From positions 1 through 41,279 of IMG/VR virus record IMGVR_UViG_3300045988_151297: 41,279 nt of DNA. One strand, 5' to 3'. The stretch comes from a virus. Below, one piece after another: positions 24,713 to 31,898 of this stretch (position 1 is its first letter; each line of letters starts with the position of its first letter). Under the pieces are notes generated by a model. That model did not search any database, was not told the DNA's origin, and worked only from the letters and a program-made list of their open reading frames with translations. The translations under genes and the position numbers were made by a program.

Positions 24713-25446
24713 TTAAAACTAATATAAATGAAGTTGAAGAAGTATTTGCTAAAATGGATTTAGCTTTAATATGTGAAGAAAGATATAATAGTTTAAAACA
24801 ATTCGACTGGGTTGTATATACAATCCTTAAAAATCAAGAAGGTTTATCTAAGAGAAGCTACTTAATGGGGAATAAAAGTTATGTAGATAAATATAATAAT
24901 GTATTTGTAAGGATAAGCCAAAAGAAATTAGCTAAATTATTAAAAACTTCTATACCAACTTTAAGAAATTCACTTAATAGATTAGTAGAAGCTGAATTAT
25001 TAGAAATTCATATAGTGGGGCAAAATGAGTGCAACATAATGTATATTGGGAACCCAGTAAGAACAATAACATTTGGGGAGTATGTTGAAAATATAGGGAA
25101 AGCTTTGGAAGATGAAGATAATGTAAAAGATTTTAAGCCTAGTATAAACGTTGATAATATTAAAGATTTAGATAATAAAAAAGCTTCTACTGTGCCACCA
25201 GTAAAAGCAGATAAAGAAAATATTAAATCTAATAATAGTATACCACAAAACAATAAAAAATATGCTAGTAAAAAAGAGGAAAATAAAGTTTTAAATAACA
25301 AACATAACAATACCGTTAAAAATACTTTTACTGAATATGAAGCTAAAGAGCTTGAAATAAAACTTCAAAAATCTCAATGGGAAAGACTTGGATATTCTCA
25401 ATTTGAAGCAAATTATCCAATAAATAAAGAAATAGGAGATGTATAA
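24703..25446 (+). CDS. RepA_N-like replication-initiator-type protein with K/N-rich C-terminal half
   Basis: FAKMDLALICEERYNSLKQFDWVVYTILKN...VFVRISQKKLAKLLKTSIPTLRNSLNRLVEAELLEIHIVGQNECNIMYIGNP matches the RepA_N N-terminal domain logic. ATG 24703 follows GGTGGAG. The track start is GTG 24694. Confidence 0.5.
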   Translation: MAIIKTNINEVEEVFAKMDLALICEERYNSLKQFDWVVYTILKNQEGLSKRSYLMGNKSYVDKYNNVFVRISQKKLAKLLKTSIPTLRNSLNRLVEAELLEIHIVGQNECNIMYIGNPVRTITFGEYVENIGKALEDEDNVKDFKPSINVDNIKDLDNKKASTVPPVKADKENIKSNNSIPQNNKKYASKKEENKVLNNKHNNTVKNTFTEYEAKELEIKLQKSQWERLGYSQFEANYPINKEIGDV

Positions 25447-25447
25447 A

Positions 25448-25894
25448 ATGAAAAACTTTATAAATGAATTTAGAACTTATTGTGAAACGGTAGAAAATAC
25501 AACTGCACTTGAAAAGATTAAGCAACATTACTTTGATTATATGCTTGATCTTGAAACTTTTGTAGATGATCACATTGAAATAAATTTATCTAAAGCTAGT
25601 AACAAAGATATTATAGATGAAGCTAATAGACTAAGTGTGATTTTGAAATCTTTAATTAAAACTGCTAGTTGTATAAATAATATTGATGCTAGAGATGTTT
25701 ACTTATTATTTTACGAAGATAGTAAATTCCATATAAAAGAAGTATTTGATGAAGTTATGCAATCTTGTTATTCACAACTATATAAAAAAGTATATCCAAA
25801 TGAAATAGATTTATATAAGTATGAGCTAGAAGAAAGTGATTTGCCTAAATGGTACATTGATTTATGCAATATATTAGATAAGTACGGTATATAA
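25448..25894 (+). CDS. Hypothetical protein
   Basis: ATG 25448 lies 9 nt after AGGAG. No motif recognised. Confidence 0.5.
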   Translation: MKNFINEFRTYCETVENTTALEKIKQHYFDYMLDLETFVDDHIEINLSKASNKDIIDEANRLSVILKSLIKTASCINNIDARDVYLLFYEDSKFHIKEVFDEVMQSCYSQLYKKVYPNEIDLYKYELEESDLPKWYIDLCNILDKYGI

Positions 25895-25986
25895 TAAAAC
25901 GATTTAAAGGGCATTGAGAGAGGTTTTAAGCTTCTCTTGATGTAAATATAACAAGGGATAAAATATCAAAATAAGAGGGGATATAA

Positions 25987-26568
25987 TTGAATACAAAAGC
26001 TGAAAGAGCAAGGAAAAAATGGACCAAAGAAGAGGACAATTTCCTGTTTGAAAACTGGGGAAAAGTTAAAGTAGATACTTTATGTAAAAAGCTAGGTAGA
26101 ACGAAAAGAGCAGTAGAAGAAAGGGCTTATAACACTTTAAAGTTAGGGCATCAAGCTCAATGGTACACTTTATTGGAAATTCAATATATGACAGGGATTA
26201 ATAAAGATACTATAAGAAAAAGAATAGTTAAAACTAATTTCAAATGTATGAGAGCAAGAACTAAACAAAAGCCTTATATGTTAGATGAAGTTCAGCTTAA
26301 AAAGTTTCTAAAACAAAATCAAGACTTATGGCATACAAAGAATTTAACTATAAATATTTTTAGCAATGAAAAATGGTATTTAGAAAAAGTTGAAACTGAT
26401 AAATTTAAGACTAATAAATACAATAAAGCTTGGTCAGAGTATGAAGATAATATAATGCTTGATAGATTAAATAGGGGCTTTACTTATGAAGATATAGCTA
26501 AGGAATTAAATAGAACTGTCGAAGGTGTCTTTGGAAGGCATAAATATAAATACAGACTGAAATTGTAG
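25987..26568 (+). CDS. Myb/SANT-like (RsfA-type) DNA-binding protein with two repeats
   Basis: KKWTKEEDNFLFENWGK..LCKKLGRTKRAVEERAY and KAWSEYEDNIMLDRLNRGFTYEDIAKELNRTVEGVFGRHKY are two W..EED..L...G......A..L.RT SANT/Myb repeats. Confidence 0.6.
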   Translation: MNTKAERARKKWTKEEDNFLFENWGKVKVDTLCKKLGRTKRAVEERAYNTLKLGHQAQWYTLLEIQYMTGINKDTIRKRIVKTNFKCMRARTKQKPYMLDEVQLKKFLKQNQDLWHTKNLTINIFSNEKWYLEKVETDKFKTNKYNKAWSEYEDNIMLDRLNRGFTYEDIAKELNRTVEGVFGRHKYKYRLKL

Positions 26569-26582
26569 GGGGATAACTGAAG

Positions 26583-26672
26583 ATGAAGATTATATTAGGG
26601 GTATTAATTTATATTATCGCAGTAGTATTTTTCTATTCATTACTTACAGTAGGGGGAAGATATGATGATTAG
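26583..26672 (+). CDS. Hydrophobic micro-protein (29 aa)
   Basis: MKIILGVLIYIIAVVFFYSLLTVGGRYDD, after RBS GGGGGA. Confidence 0.35.
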   Translation: MKIILGVLIYIIAVVFFYSLLTVGGRYDD

Positions 26673-26832
26673 AATATTTGATGATAATAAGCATATTTGT
26701 GAATGTTGTGATAATGATAGTGTTATACTTATAGATTTTACAGAAGATACTAAACCACATGATTTAGGAAATAGAGTGTATCTTTGTAATGAGCATAAAG
26801 AAAAGTTAATAGATTTATTATTGCCGTTTTAA
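26662..26832 (+). CDS. Zinc-ribbon-like micro-protein (56 aa)
   Basis: CECC ... CNEH. RBS AGGGGGA. Overlaps the preceding micro-ORF. Confidence 0.45.
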   Translation: MMIRIFDDNKHICECCDNDSVILIDFTEDTKPHDLGNRVYLCNEHKEKLIDLLLPF

Positions 26833-26877
26833 ATTTAAATAAAATCAAAATTTTAAAGGAAGTTGGAGAAGGAAGTT

Positions 26878-27039
26878 ATGAAATTTAAAATATATTGCGA
26901 AGAATGTGAGTATACATTTGATAATGAGAGTGAGTTAGAAAGAAAGAATTATATAGGTAGAGATTACGACTTATTATGTTGTCCTTTTTGTAAAAACGAT
27001 TCTGATTTAAGATTAATTGTAGATGAAGAAAGTTGTTAA
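26878..27039 (+). CDS. Zinc-ribbon micro-protein (53 aa)
   Basis: CEEC ... CCPFC. RBS GGAGAAGGAAG. Confidence 0.5.
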   Translation: MKFKIYCEECEYTFDNESELERKNYIGRDYDLLCCPFCKNDSDLRLIVDEESC

Positions 27040-27098
27040 AATAAAACTTTTAAGATGGTTTGGTACCGACATTAATGTCGGGAGCATAGGAGGAAGTT

Positions 27099-27383
27099 AT
27101 GAGTAATAAAAATAATGTACTAACAGTAGAAGTAAAAGCTACTGAAATAGATGAAGTTAAAGATATAAAAATAGGTTGTATTGTTCAAGTATTTGACTAT
27201 TGTAAACAAGATTTGGAAATGTATAAGGTTTTAAATGTTTATGTTCCTAAAGATAATGAAATAGTGTTTAAGTGTAATAAAATGAAATTTAATGGAAAAA
27301 AAGAATTGGTAATGACTAATGATATAAGATTTATTGATGGTAAAGATATTATGAGTATTTATAATAAAATTAATCATGAATAA
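27099..27383 (+). CDS. Hypothetical protein (94 aa)
   Basis: Track ORF after RBS AGGAGGAAG. Confidence 0.55.
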   Translation: MSNKNNVLTVEVKATEIDEVKDIKIGCIVQVFDYCKQDLEMYKVLNVYVPKDNEIVFKCNKMKFNGKKELVMTNDIRFIDGKDIMSIYNKINHE

Positions 27384-27419
27384 AAGTCATTAAAATAAAG
27401 TTTTTAATGGAATATTGCG

Positions 27420-27457
27420 AAGCTATGGAATTAATTTTCTATAGCTTTTTATTTTTT
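27420..27457 (+). terminator. Intrinsic terminator
   Basis: AAGCTAT/ATAGCTT stem followed by TTTTTATTTTTT. Confidence 0.6.
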
Positions 27458-27538
27458 AGTAAACTTATGTATCATTTTCATAACTTATACATATAATAAA
27501 GTAACAAAACGTTATATAAGATATGAGGGGGATTAATT

Positions 27539-27760
27539 ATGAAAATATATACTTTAGAAAATAAAAATGAAATATTAGCTATATTAACTCACAAAGATAA
27601 TATGAGTTATAGAGATTTTAGAAATATATGTTTAGAGGTTAATGAAGAAGCACAAAATGACTTTTACACTTTAAAAGATATATTAATTAACGACTATGAA
27701 TTTGCTCCTGTAGAAGCTTGTGGAGGCTTTGAAGTGGCTAAAAAGAAAGGAAGTTTCTAA
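27539..27760 (+). CDS. Hypothetical protein (73 aa)
   Basis: Track ORF after RBS GAGGGGGA. Confidence 0.55.
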   Translation: MKIYTLENKNEILAILTHKDNMSYRDFRNICLEVNEEAQNDFYTLKDILINDYEFAPVEACGGFEVAKKKGSF

Positions 27761-27819
27761 TGGGTATTGTTGCAGTTACTTATCTAGGATATATAGCTAT
27801 TATAGTAGCTTTAATATGA
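27760..27819 (+). CDS. Hydrophobic micro-ORF (19 aa)
   Basis: TAATG coupling to the upstream gene. Protein MGIVAVTYLGYIAIIVALI. Very short, so uncertain. Confidence 0.2.
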   Translation: MGIVAVTYLGYIAIIVALI

Positions 27820-27838
27820 AGAAATAGGAGGGCTTTAA

Positions 27839-27958
27839 ATGGATTGGTCAAAACAATGTTATCAATGTAACAAATTTACAATAATTGAAGAATATGAAGA
27901 TAGATGGATATGTAAATGCGATATATGTGGAGAAATATTTACAAAATGGAAAAGATAA
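27839..27958 (+). CDS. Zinc-ribbon micro-protein (39 aa)
   Basis: CYQC ... CKCDIC. RBS AGGAGGG. Confidence 0.45.
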   Translation: MDWSKQCYQCNKFTIIEEYEDRWICKCDICGEIFTKWKR

Positions 27959-28079
27959 AAAATAAAGGTGGGGATAATTCCTCACCTACTACTATTACTA
28001 CTAATATTTTTATCATTTTTATATAAATTCTTTATAATATATTTTTCTTATATTGTAGCAGATTTAAAGGGGGTTAGCT

Positions 28080-29015
28080 ATGTTAATTGAAGGTTTATTA
28101 GTTGGGGCAATAGGTGGGTTAATTGCTTATGCTAGTAAAATAGTTTATGAAGCTAATAAATCAAATGATGAAGTTATTGAAATTGAAAATATAGTTAAAT
28201 ATGAATATATACCAGTTGGGGAATGGGAGGATATTGAAATGGAATTAAATAAAGTTAAATATACTTTTATTGAAGGAGAAAAAGAAGGAGTAAAGGCTTT
28301 TATAGGATACGATTTAGAAGGGAATCTAAAAAACTTTGATATGTTAGAAGGTCATACAATGGTTGGAGGTGCTTCTAGGTGGGGAAAATCTAGCTTTTTA
28401 AATGTATTTATAACTAATATAACTAAAACATATACGAGAAATGAAGTTTGTTTTTTAGGTTGTGATTATAAAAAAGCAGATGTTTATTATTTTAGAAATT
28501 ATAACAACTTTTTAGGTATGAGTACAAATAAAAAAGAATTTATGGCTCAAATAAAATGGCTAGAAAAAGAAATGAATAAAAGGGCTGATATATTAGACGA
28601 AGCTAATTGCAGAAATGTAATAAATTATAATAAAAAGCATGATGTAAAAATGAGTTATATAATATTTGTAATAGATGAATTAGTTCAAGTTGTATGTGAT
28701 AGAGAGTGCAAAGAAGTGCTTCATACTGTTATGAGTAAATGTGCATCTTATGGAATTTACTTTTTATTAGCTACTCAAGACTGTACAAAGGAAATAATAG
28801 GTAGATGCAAAATGAATTGTAGCCAGATAATAGGCTTTCATACATTCGATCAAACAGATAGTGATACATTAATTGGTAAAGGCTATAACTTGCAAGATAT
28901 AAATGTAAAAGGTAGATGCAAAATAAAAAATAGTGAAGGTATAGTAGAAACTCAAATATTTTATTTAGAAGAAGATGAAATTGAGGAAATGTTAAAACCT
29001 TATTTGAATAAATAG
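28080..29015 (+). CDS. Membrane-anchored FtsK/SpoIIIE-family P-loop ATPase
   Basis: N-terminal TM LIEGLLVGAIGGLIAYA. Walker A GGASRWGKSS, Walker B IIFVIDELVQV, and the FtsK-type motif FLLATQD. Confidence 0.8.
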   Translation: MLIEGLLVGAIGGLIAYASKIVYEANKSNDEVIEIENIVKYEYIPVGEWEDIEMELNKVKYTFIEGEKEGVKAFIGYDLEGNLKNFDMLEGHTMVGGASRWGKSSFLNVFITNITKTYTRNEVCFLGCDYKKADVYYFRNYNNFLGMSTNKKEFMAQIKWLEKEMNKRADILDEANCRNVINYNKKHDVKMSYIIFVIDELVQVVCDRECKEVLHTVMSKCASYGIYFLLATQDCTKEIIGRCKMNCSQIIGFHTFDQTDSDTLIGKGYNLQDINVKGRCKIKNSEGIVETQIFYLEEDEIEEMLKPYLNK

Positions 29016-29026
29016 GAGGGCTTAAA

Positions 29027-29422
29027 ATGGTTTCATACTGCTATAGATTTAAAGATATTAATGGAAGTATAATTTATATTGGTAAAACTGTAGATATAAA
29101 TAAAAGAATGGCACAACATTTTGGTGGGAAAGGTCATCTTGATAAAAATTGTTATAAATCTGTAGCAGTAATTGAATATCAGAAATATAAGACTGAAAGT
29201 GATGCTTTAATTTATGAAACTTATTATATAACAAAATATTCTCCTAAATATAATAAATTAGGTCAATCAAGAGATAAACCAACGGTCCAGTTAGAAGAAA
29301 AGGAATGGAAAACTTATCAAGTGCTTAAAAAGCAAGTTGAAAAAAGTCCTGCAAGTTGGGGATGCTTAACTTATATATTAATAATTGCTTTAATATATGC
29401 AATATATCAACTATTTGCATAG
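29027..29422 (+). CDS. GIY-YIG nuclease-domain protein with C-terminal transmembrane anchor
   Basis: YCYRF..GSIIYIGKT..NKRMAQH ... ALIYETYYITKYSPKYN supplies the GIY, YIG, Arg, Glu and Asn motifs. C-terminal WGCLTYILIIALIYAIYQLFA. The start lies 11 nt after the FtsK-like gene. Confidence 0.8.
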   Translation: MVSYCYRFKDINGSIIYIGKTVDINKRMAQHFGGKGHLDKNCYKSVAVIEYQKYKTESDALIYETYYITKYSPKYNKLGQSRDKPTVQLEEKEWKTYQVLKKQVEKSPASWGCLTYILIIALIYAIYQLFA

Positions 29423-29432
29423 AGGTGTAAAC

Positions 29433-29603
29433 ATGAACGAGAAAATAAATGAAGCTATAAAAAAGAGTGGATTAAAAAAGAAGTGGATAGCTGCACAGTT
29501 AGATATAACATATAACAGTCTAAGAAGAAAGTTAAAGGGTGAAATTCCTTTTACTAAATTAGAACTAGAAAAAATTTATTCCATCTTAGAGAAATATATT
29601 TAA
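29433..29603 (+). CDS. Small HTH DNA-binding protein (56 aa)
   Basis: ATG 29433 follows GAGGTG. SGLKKKWIAAQLDITYNSLRRKLKGE is HTH-like. Confidence 0.5.
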   Translation: MNEKINEAIKKSGLKKKWIAAQLDITYNSLRRKLKGEIPFTKLELEKIYSILEKYI

Positions 29604-29608
29604 TTATG

Positions 29609-29746
29609 TGTTATAATTATATTACTATATGTAGTATTAAAATCTAAAGAAAAAGGGGGAAACTCCTTTAACACTTTTAACACTAAGATTTTGTAAAATT
29701 TTATTGACTTAAAAAATGTACTTCCTAAACTGGAAGTATATTTTTT
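29609..29746 (+). ncRNA. Candidate small non-coding RNA unit (extended -10 promoter, about 125 nt, terminator)
   Basis: TGtTATAAT at 29609..29617. No ORF or start codon follows. Internal hairpin AAGGGG/CTCCTT and TTAACACT repeated twice. Terminator TACTTCC/GGAAGTA plus T-run at 29719..29746. Confidence 0.25.
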
Positions 29747-29755
29747 ATTTTGTTG

Positions 29756-29784
29756 TTGTACAATATGCACTTAATGAGTATAAT
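29756..29784 (+). promoter_or_regulatory. Promoter (TTGTAC, 17 nt, TATAAT)
   Basis: -35 at 29756..29761 and -10 at 29779..29784, upstream of the XRE gene. Confidence 0.55.
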
Positions 29785-29816
29785 ATTTGTATAATAAAAA
29801 ATACGAGGTGTAAGCA

Positions 29817-30014
29817 ATGAATATAGGAGAAATATTAAAAGAATCTAGAATAGAAAAAGGATTATCAGTAATAGAAGTCGCTAGAATACTAGGCATAGAC
29901 AGAACAACTTATTTTAGGTATGAAAATAATCAAGTTAAAAATATTCCAATACAGAATTTACTTAAATTAATTGACTTGTTGGATATAGACTTAAATGAAA
30001 TAAAAATAAAATAA
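29817..30014 (+). CDS. XRE/Cro-type HTH regulator (65 aa)
   Basis: IGEILKESRIEKGLSVIEVARILGIDRTTYFRYENN is a canonical HTH_3 sequence. The gene is monocistronic between two promoters. Confidence 0.8.
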   Translation: MNIGEILKESRIEKGLSVIEVARILGIDRTTYFRYENNQVKNIPIQNLLKLIDLLDIDLNEIKIK

Positions 30015-30032
30015 TTTTTTTTATAATAAATG

Positions 30033-30062
30033 TTGCATAACATACAACAAATAGGGTATAAT
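30033..30062 (+). promoter_or_regulatory. Promoter (TTGCAT, 18 nt, TATAAT) sharing the box GTTGCATAAC(A/G)TAC with the promoter at 36142
   Basis: -35 at 30033..30038 and -10 at 30057..30062. Confidence 0.55.
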
Positions 30063-30117
30063 ATAAATATAGAAACAAGGGAAAGAGAAAATAAAAAATA
30101 AATAAGAGGTGTTGGGA

Positions 30118-30369
30118 ATGAAAATAAAAATAGATGAAGGATTTAAAGAAGAAGTATACAACGAGTTGCAAGAGAAAAGAAGAGAAGTTGATGAAATGAA
30201 AAATAAATTCATAGAAGGAAAATGCAGTGATTATGCACTTAGTGGGAAAATTGATTTCTATGAAAAAGAAATTAGTTATCTAGAAGGTAGATTAACTACT
30301 TTAGAACTTATAGAAAGTGGATGTTTTTACACAATAGTAAATAATGAAGGGGTTGAAGCTTATGTATAA
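30118..30369 (+). CDS. Hypothetical protein (83 aa)
   Basis: ATG 30118 lies 8 nt after AAGAGG. Confidence 0.5.
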   Translation: MKIKIDEGFKEEVYNELQEKRREVDEMKNKFIEGKCSDYALSGKIDFYEKEISYLEGRLTTLELIESGCFYTIVNNEGVEAYV

Positions 30370-30502
30370 GTTTGATAGTGAAGCTTTTATAAAAGAAATG
30401 GAAAGTCTTGAGGGAGTAGAGGAAACCCCCCTAGACTATGAGGAATTTGAGCAAGAGGAATATGAGAGAATGAGTGAAAGAGATTTAAAAGGAGGTTTAT
30501 AA
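30362..30502 (+). CDS. Highly acidic micro-protein (46 aa)
   Basis: MYKFDSEAFIKEMESLEGVEETPLDYEEFEQEEYERMSERDLKGGL, with 16 of 46 residues D or E. It overlaps the upstream gene. Confidence 0.45.
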   Translation: MYKFDSEAFIKEMESLEGVEETPLDYEEFEQEEYERMSERDLKGGL

Positions 30503-30503
30503 A

Positions 30504-30650
30504 ATGTGTGAAGGGTATTGGGAAACTTGCAAGTGTGAAGATTGTAAAAAGGTTAAAGAATTATTTTCAGATATGAGCTTTTACTGGGATAATGAAGAGG
30601 AAATAAAAGAGATAGAAAGAACAATAGAAAGTATGGGCTATTCAATATAA
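30504..30650 (+). CDS. Small Cys-containing protein (48 aa)
   Basis: MCEGYWETCKCEDCKK..., after RBS AAGGAGG. Confidence 0.45.
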   Translation: MCEGYWETCKCEDCKKVKELFSDMSFYWDNEEEIKEIERTIESMGYSI

Positions 30651-30725
30651 AACAAATGGGGCTAGGTTGGGGACACTCAATACTAGCCCATAAGAGGTGA
30701 AAAGACATTTAAAGGAGGGGATAAA

Positions 30726-30947
30726 ATGGAGGAATTAGAATTTATAAAAAACGAAAGGCTAAAGCTTCAAGAAGAATACTTAAAACAAAGTAAAAACATA
30801 TGGACTAATTTTGAAGGTGTAGAGGCTGATAAGAAGCACAAGAAAGTTTATAACGAATATAGAAACAAGGATTACTTTTTAGAGGGCTTACAGGCTAAAA
30901 TAGAGGATATTTTGAAGGATTTAGAATATTACAAAGAGAATAGATAA
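30726..30947 (+). CDS. Hypothetical coiled-coil protein (73 aa)
   Basis: Track ORF after RBS AGGAGGGG. Confidence 0.55.
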   Translation: MEELEFIKNERLKLQEEYLKQSKNIWTNFEGVEADKKHKKVYNEYRNKDYFLEGLQAKIEDILKDLEYYKENR

Positions 30948-30963
30948 GAGGGAGTACAATAAA

Positions 30964-31068
30964 ATGAGTATAGTTATATTACAAGAGTTTATAAAGGAAT
31001 TTGGAGTAAAAGCAGATAAAAGATTTTTTCATTTAAAACAATACAAAAAAATAAAGGAAGGTAAATAG
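30964..31068 (+). CDS. Micro-ORF (34 aa)
   Basis: ATG follows GAGGGAG. Packed between neighbouring genes. Confidence 0.3.
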   Translation: MSIVILQEFIKEFGVKADKRFFHLKQYKKIKEGK

Positions 31069-31070
31069 GA

Positions 31071-31757
31071 ATGGAGATAAGATTACTAAAAGCTAATGAA
31101 ATAGAGTGTAGAATAGGGACTTTTAAAGAAGGGAAGGGAATTAGCTTATTGCTTTACAAAGATGCTAGGGTTGATATGAGAATACTTGATGAAGTATTTG
31201 GGTTTGACGGTTGGGAAAGAGAACACCAGCTTATAGACGGTAAATTATTTTGCACAGTAAAGGTGTGGAGTGAAAAAAGGAATTGCTGGATAAGTAAGCA
31301 AGATGTAGGAACTGAAAGTAATACAGAAAAAGAAAAAGGGCAAGTATCAGACAGTTTTAAAAGAGCGTGTTTCAACTTGGGAATAGGTAGAGAATTATAT
31401 ACTTCACCTTTTATATGGATACCAGCTTCAATGGGGTATAGTAAATATGAAAAATTTGAAGTTAAAGAAATAGGCTATAATGATGATAGAGAAATAAATA
31501 TGCTAGTTATAGTTGATAGTAAAGGTAAAGAATGTTTTAGATTTGGAGATAAAATCAAATCAACGAGAAGCGAAGTTACAGAAGCTATGGTAAAAGCACT
31601 TTATAAAATAGCTAACGATAAAGGCTATAGTGATGATATGGTTGAAAAAGCTTCTAAAAGAGATTATGGAGATAATGTAATAGATATATCAATGAAAAAT
31701 TATATGACTTTAAAAGCTAAGTTGGAAGGGCTTGAAGCTAAAAAAGTAGGGGCTTAA
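31071..31757 (+). CDS. Rad52/Sak-type single-strand annealing protein
   Basis: ANEIECRIG ... ARVDMRILDEVFG..GWEREH ... VGTESNTEKEKGQVSDSFKRACFNLGIGRELY matches the Rad52/22 family core. Confidence 0.75.
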   Translation: MEIRLLKANEIECRIGTFKEGKGISLLLYKDARVDMRILDEVFGFDGWEREHQLIDGKLFCTVKVWSEKRNCWISKQDVGTESNTEKEKGQVSDSFKRACFNLGIGRELYTSPFIWIPASMGYSKYEKFEVKEIGYNDDREINMLVIVDSKGKECFRFGDKIKSTRSEVTEAMVKALYKIANDKGYSDDMVEKASKRDYGDNVIDISMKNYMTLKAKLEGLEAKKVGA

Positions 31758-31788
31758 TTGCCCTTATTTTTCAGTATAGGGGGAAGGT

Positions 31789-31887
31789 ATGAATTTATTT
31801 AATGATTTAATTTTGATGGTAGCAGGATTTGATTTATTTGTATTGTATTTAATATATAAAGCTATAAGCTTTTACAGAAATAATTAA
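31789..31887 (+). CDS. Hydrophobic micro-protein (32 aa)
   Basis: MNLFNDLILMVAGFDLFVLYLIYKAISFYRNN, after RBS GGGGGAAGG. Confidence 0.35.
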   Translation: MNLFNDLILMVAGFDLFVLYLIYKAISFYRNN

Positions 31888-31898
31888 GGGGGCATAAA

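Noticed and set aside
26583-26672. The 29-aa hydrophobic peptide considered as an arbitrium or Phr-like signalling pre-peptide.
   Set aside because: No TPR/RRNPP-type receptor gene is present in the genome, and there is no recognisable signal-peptidase site.
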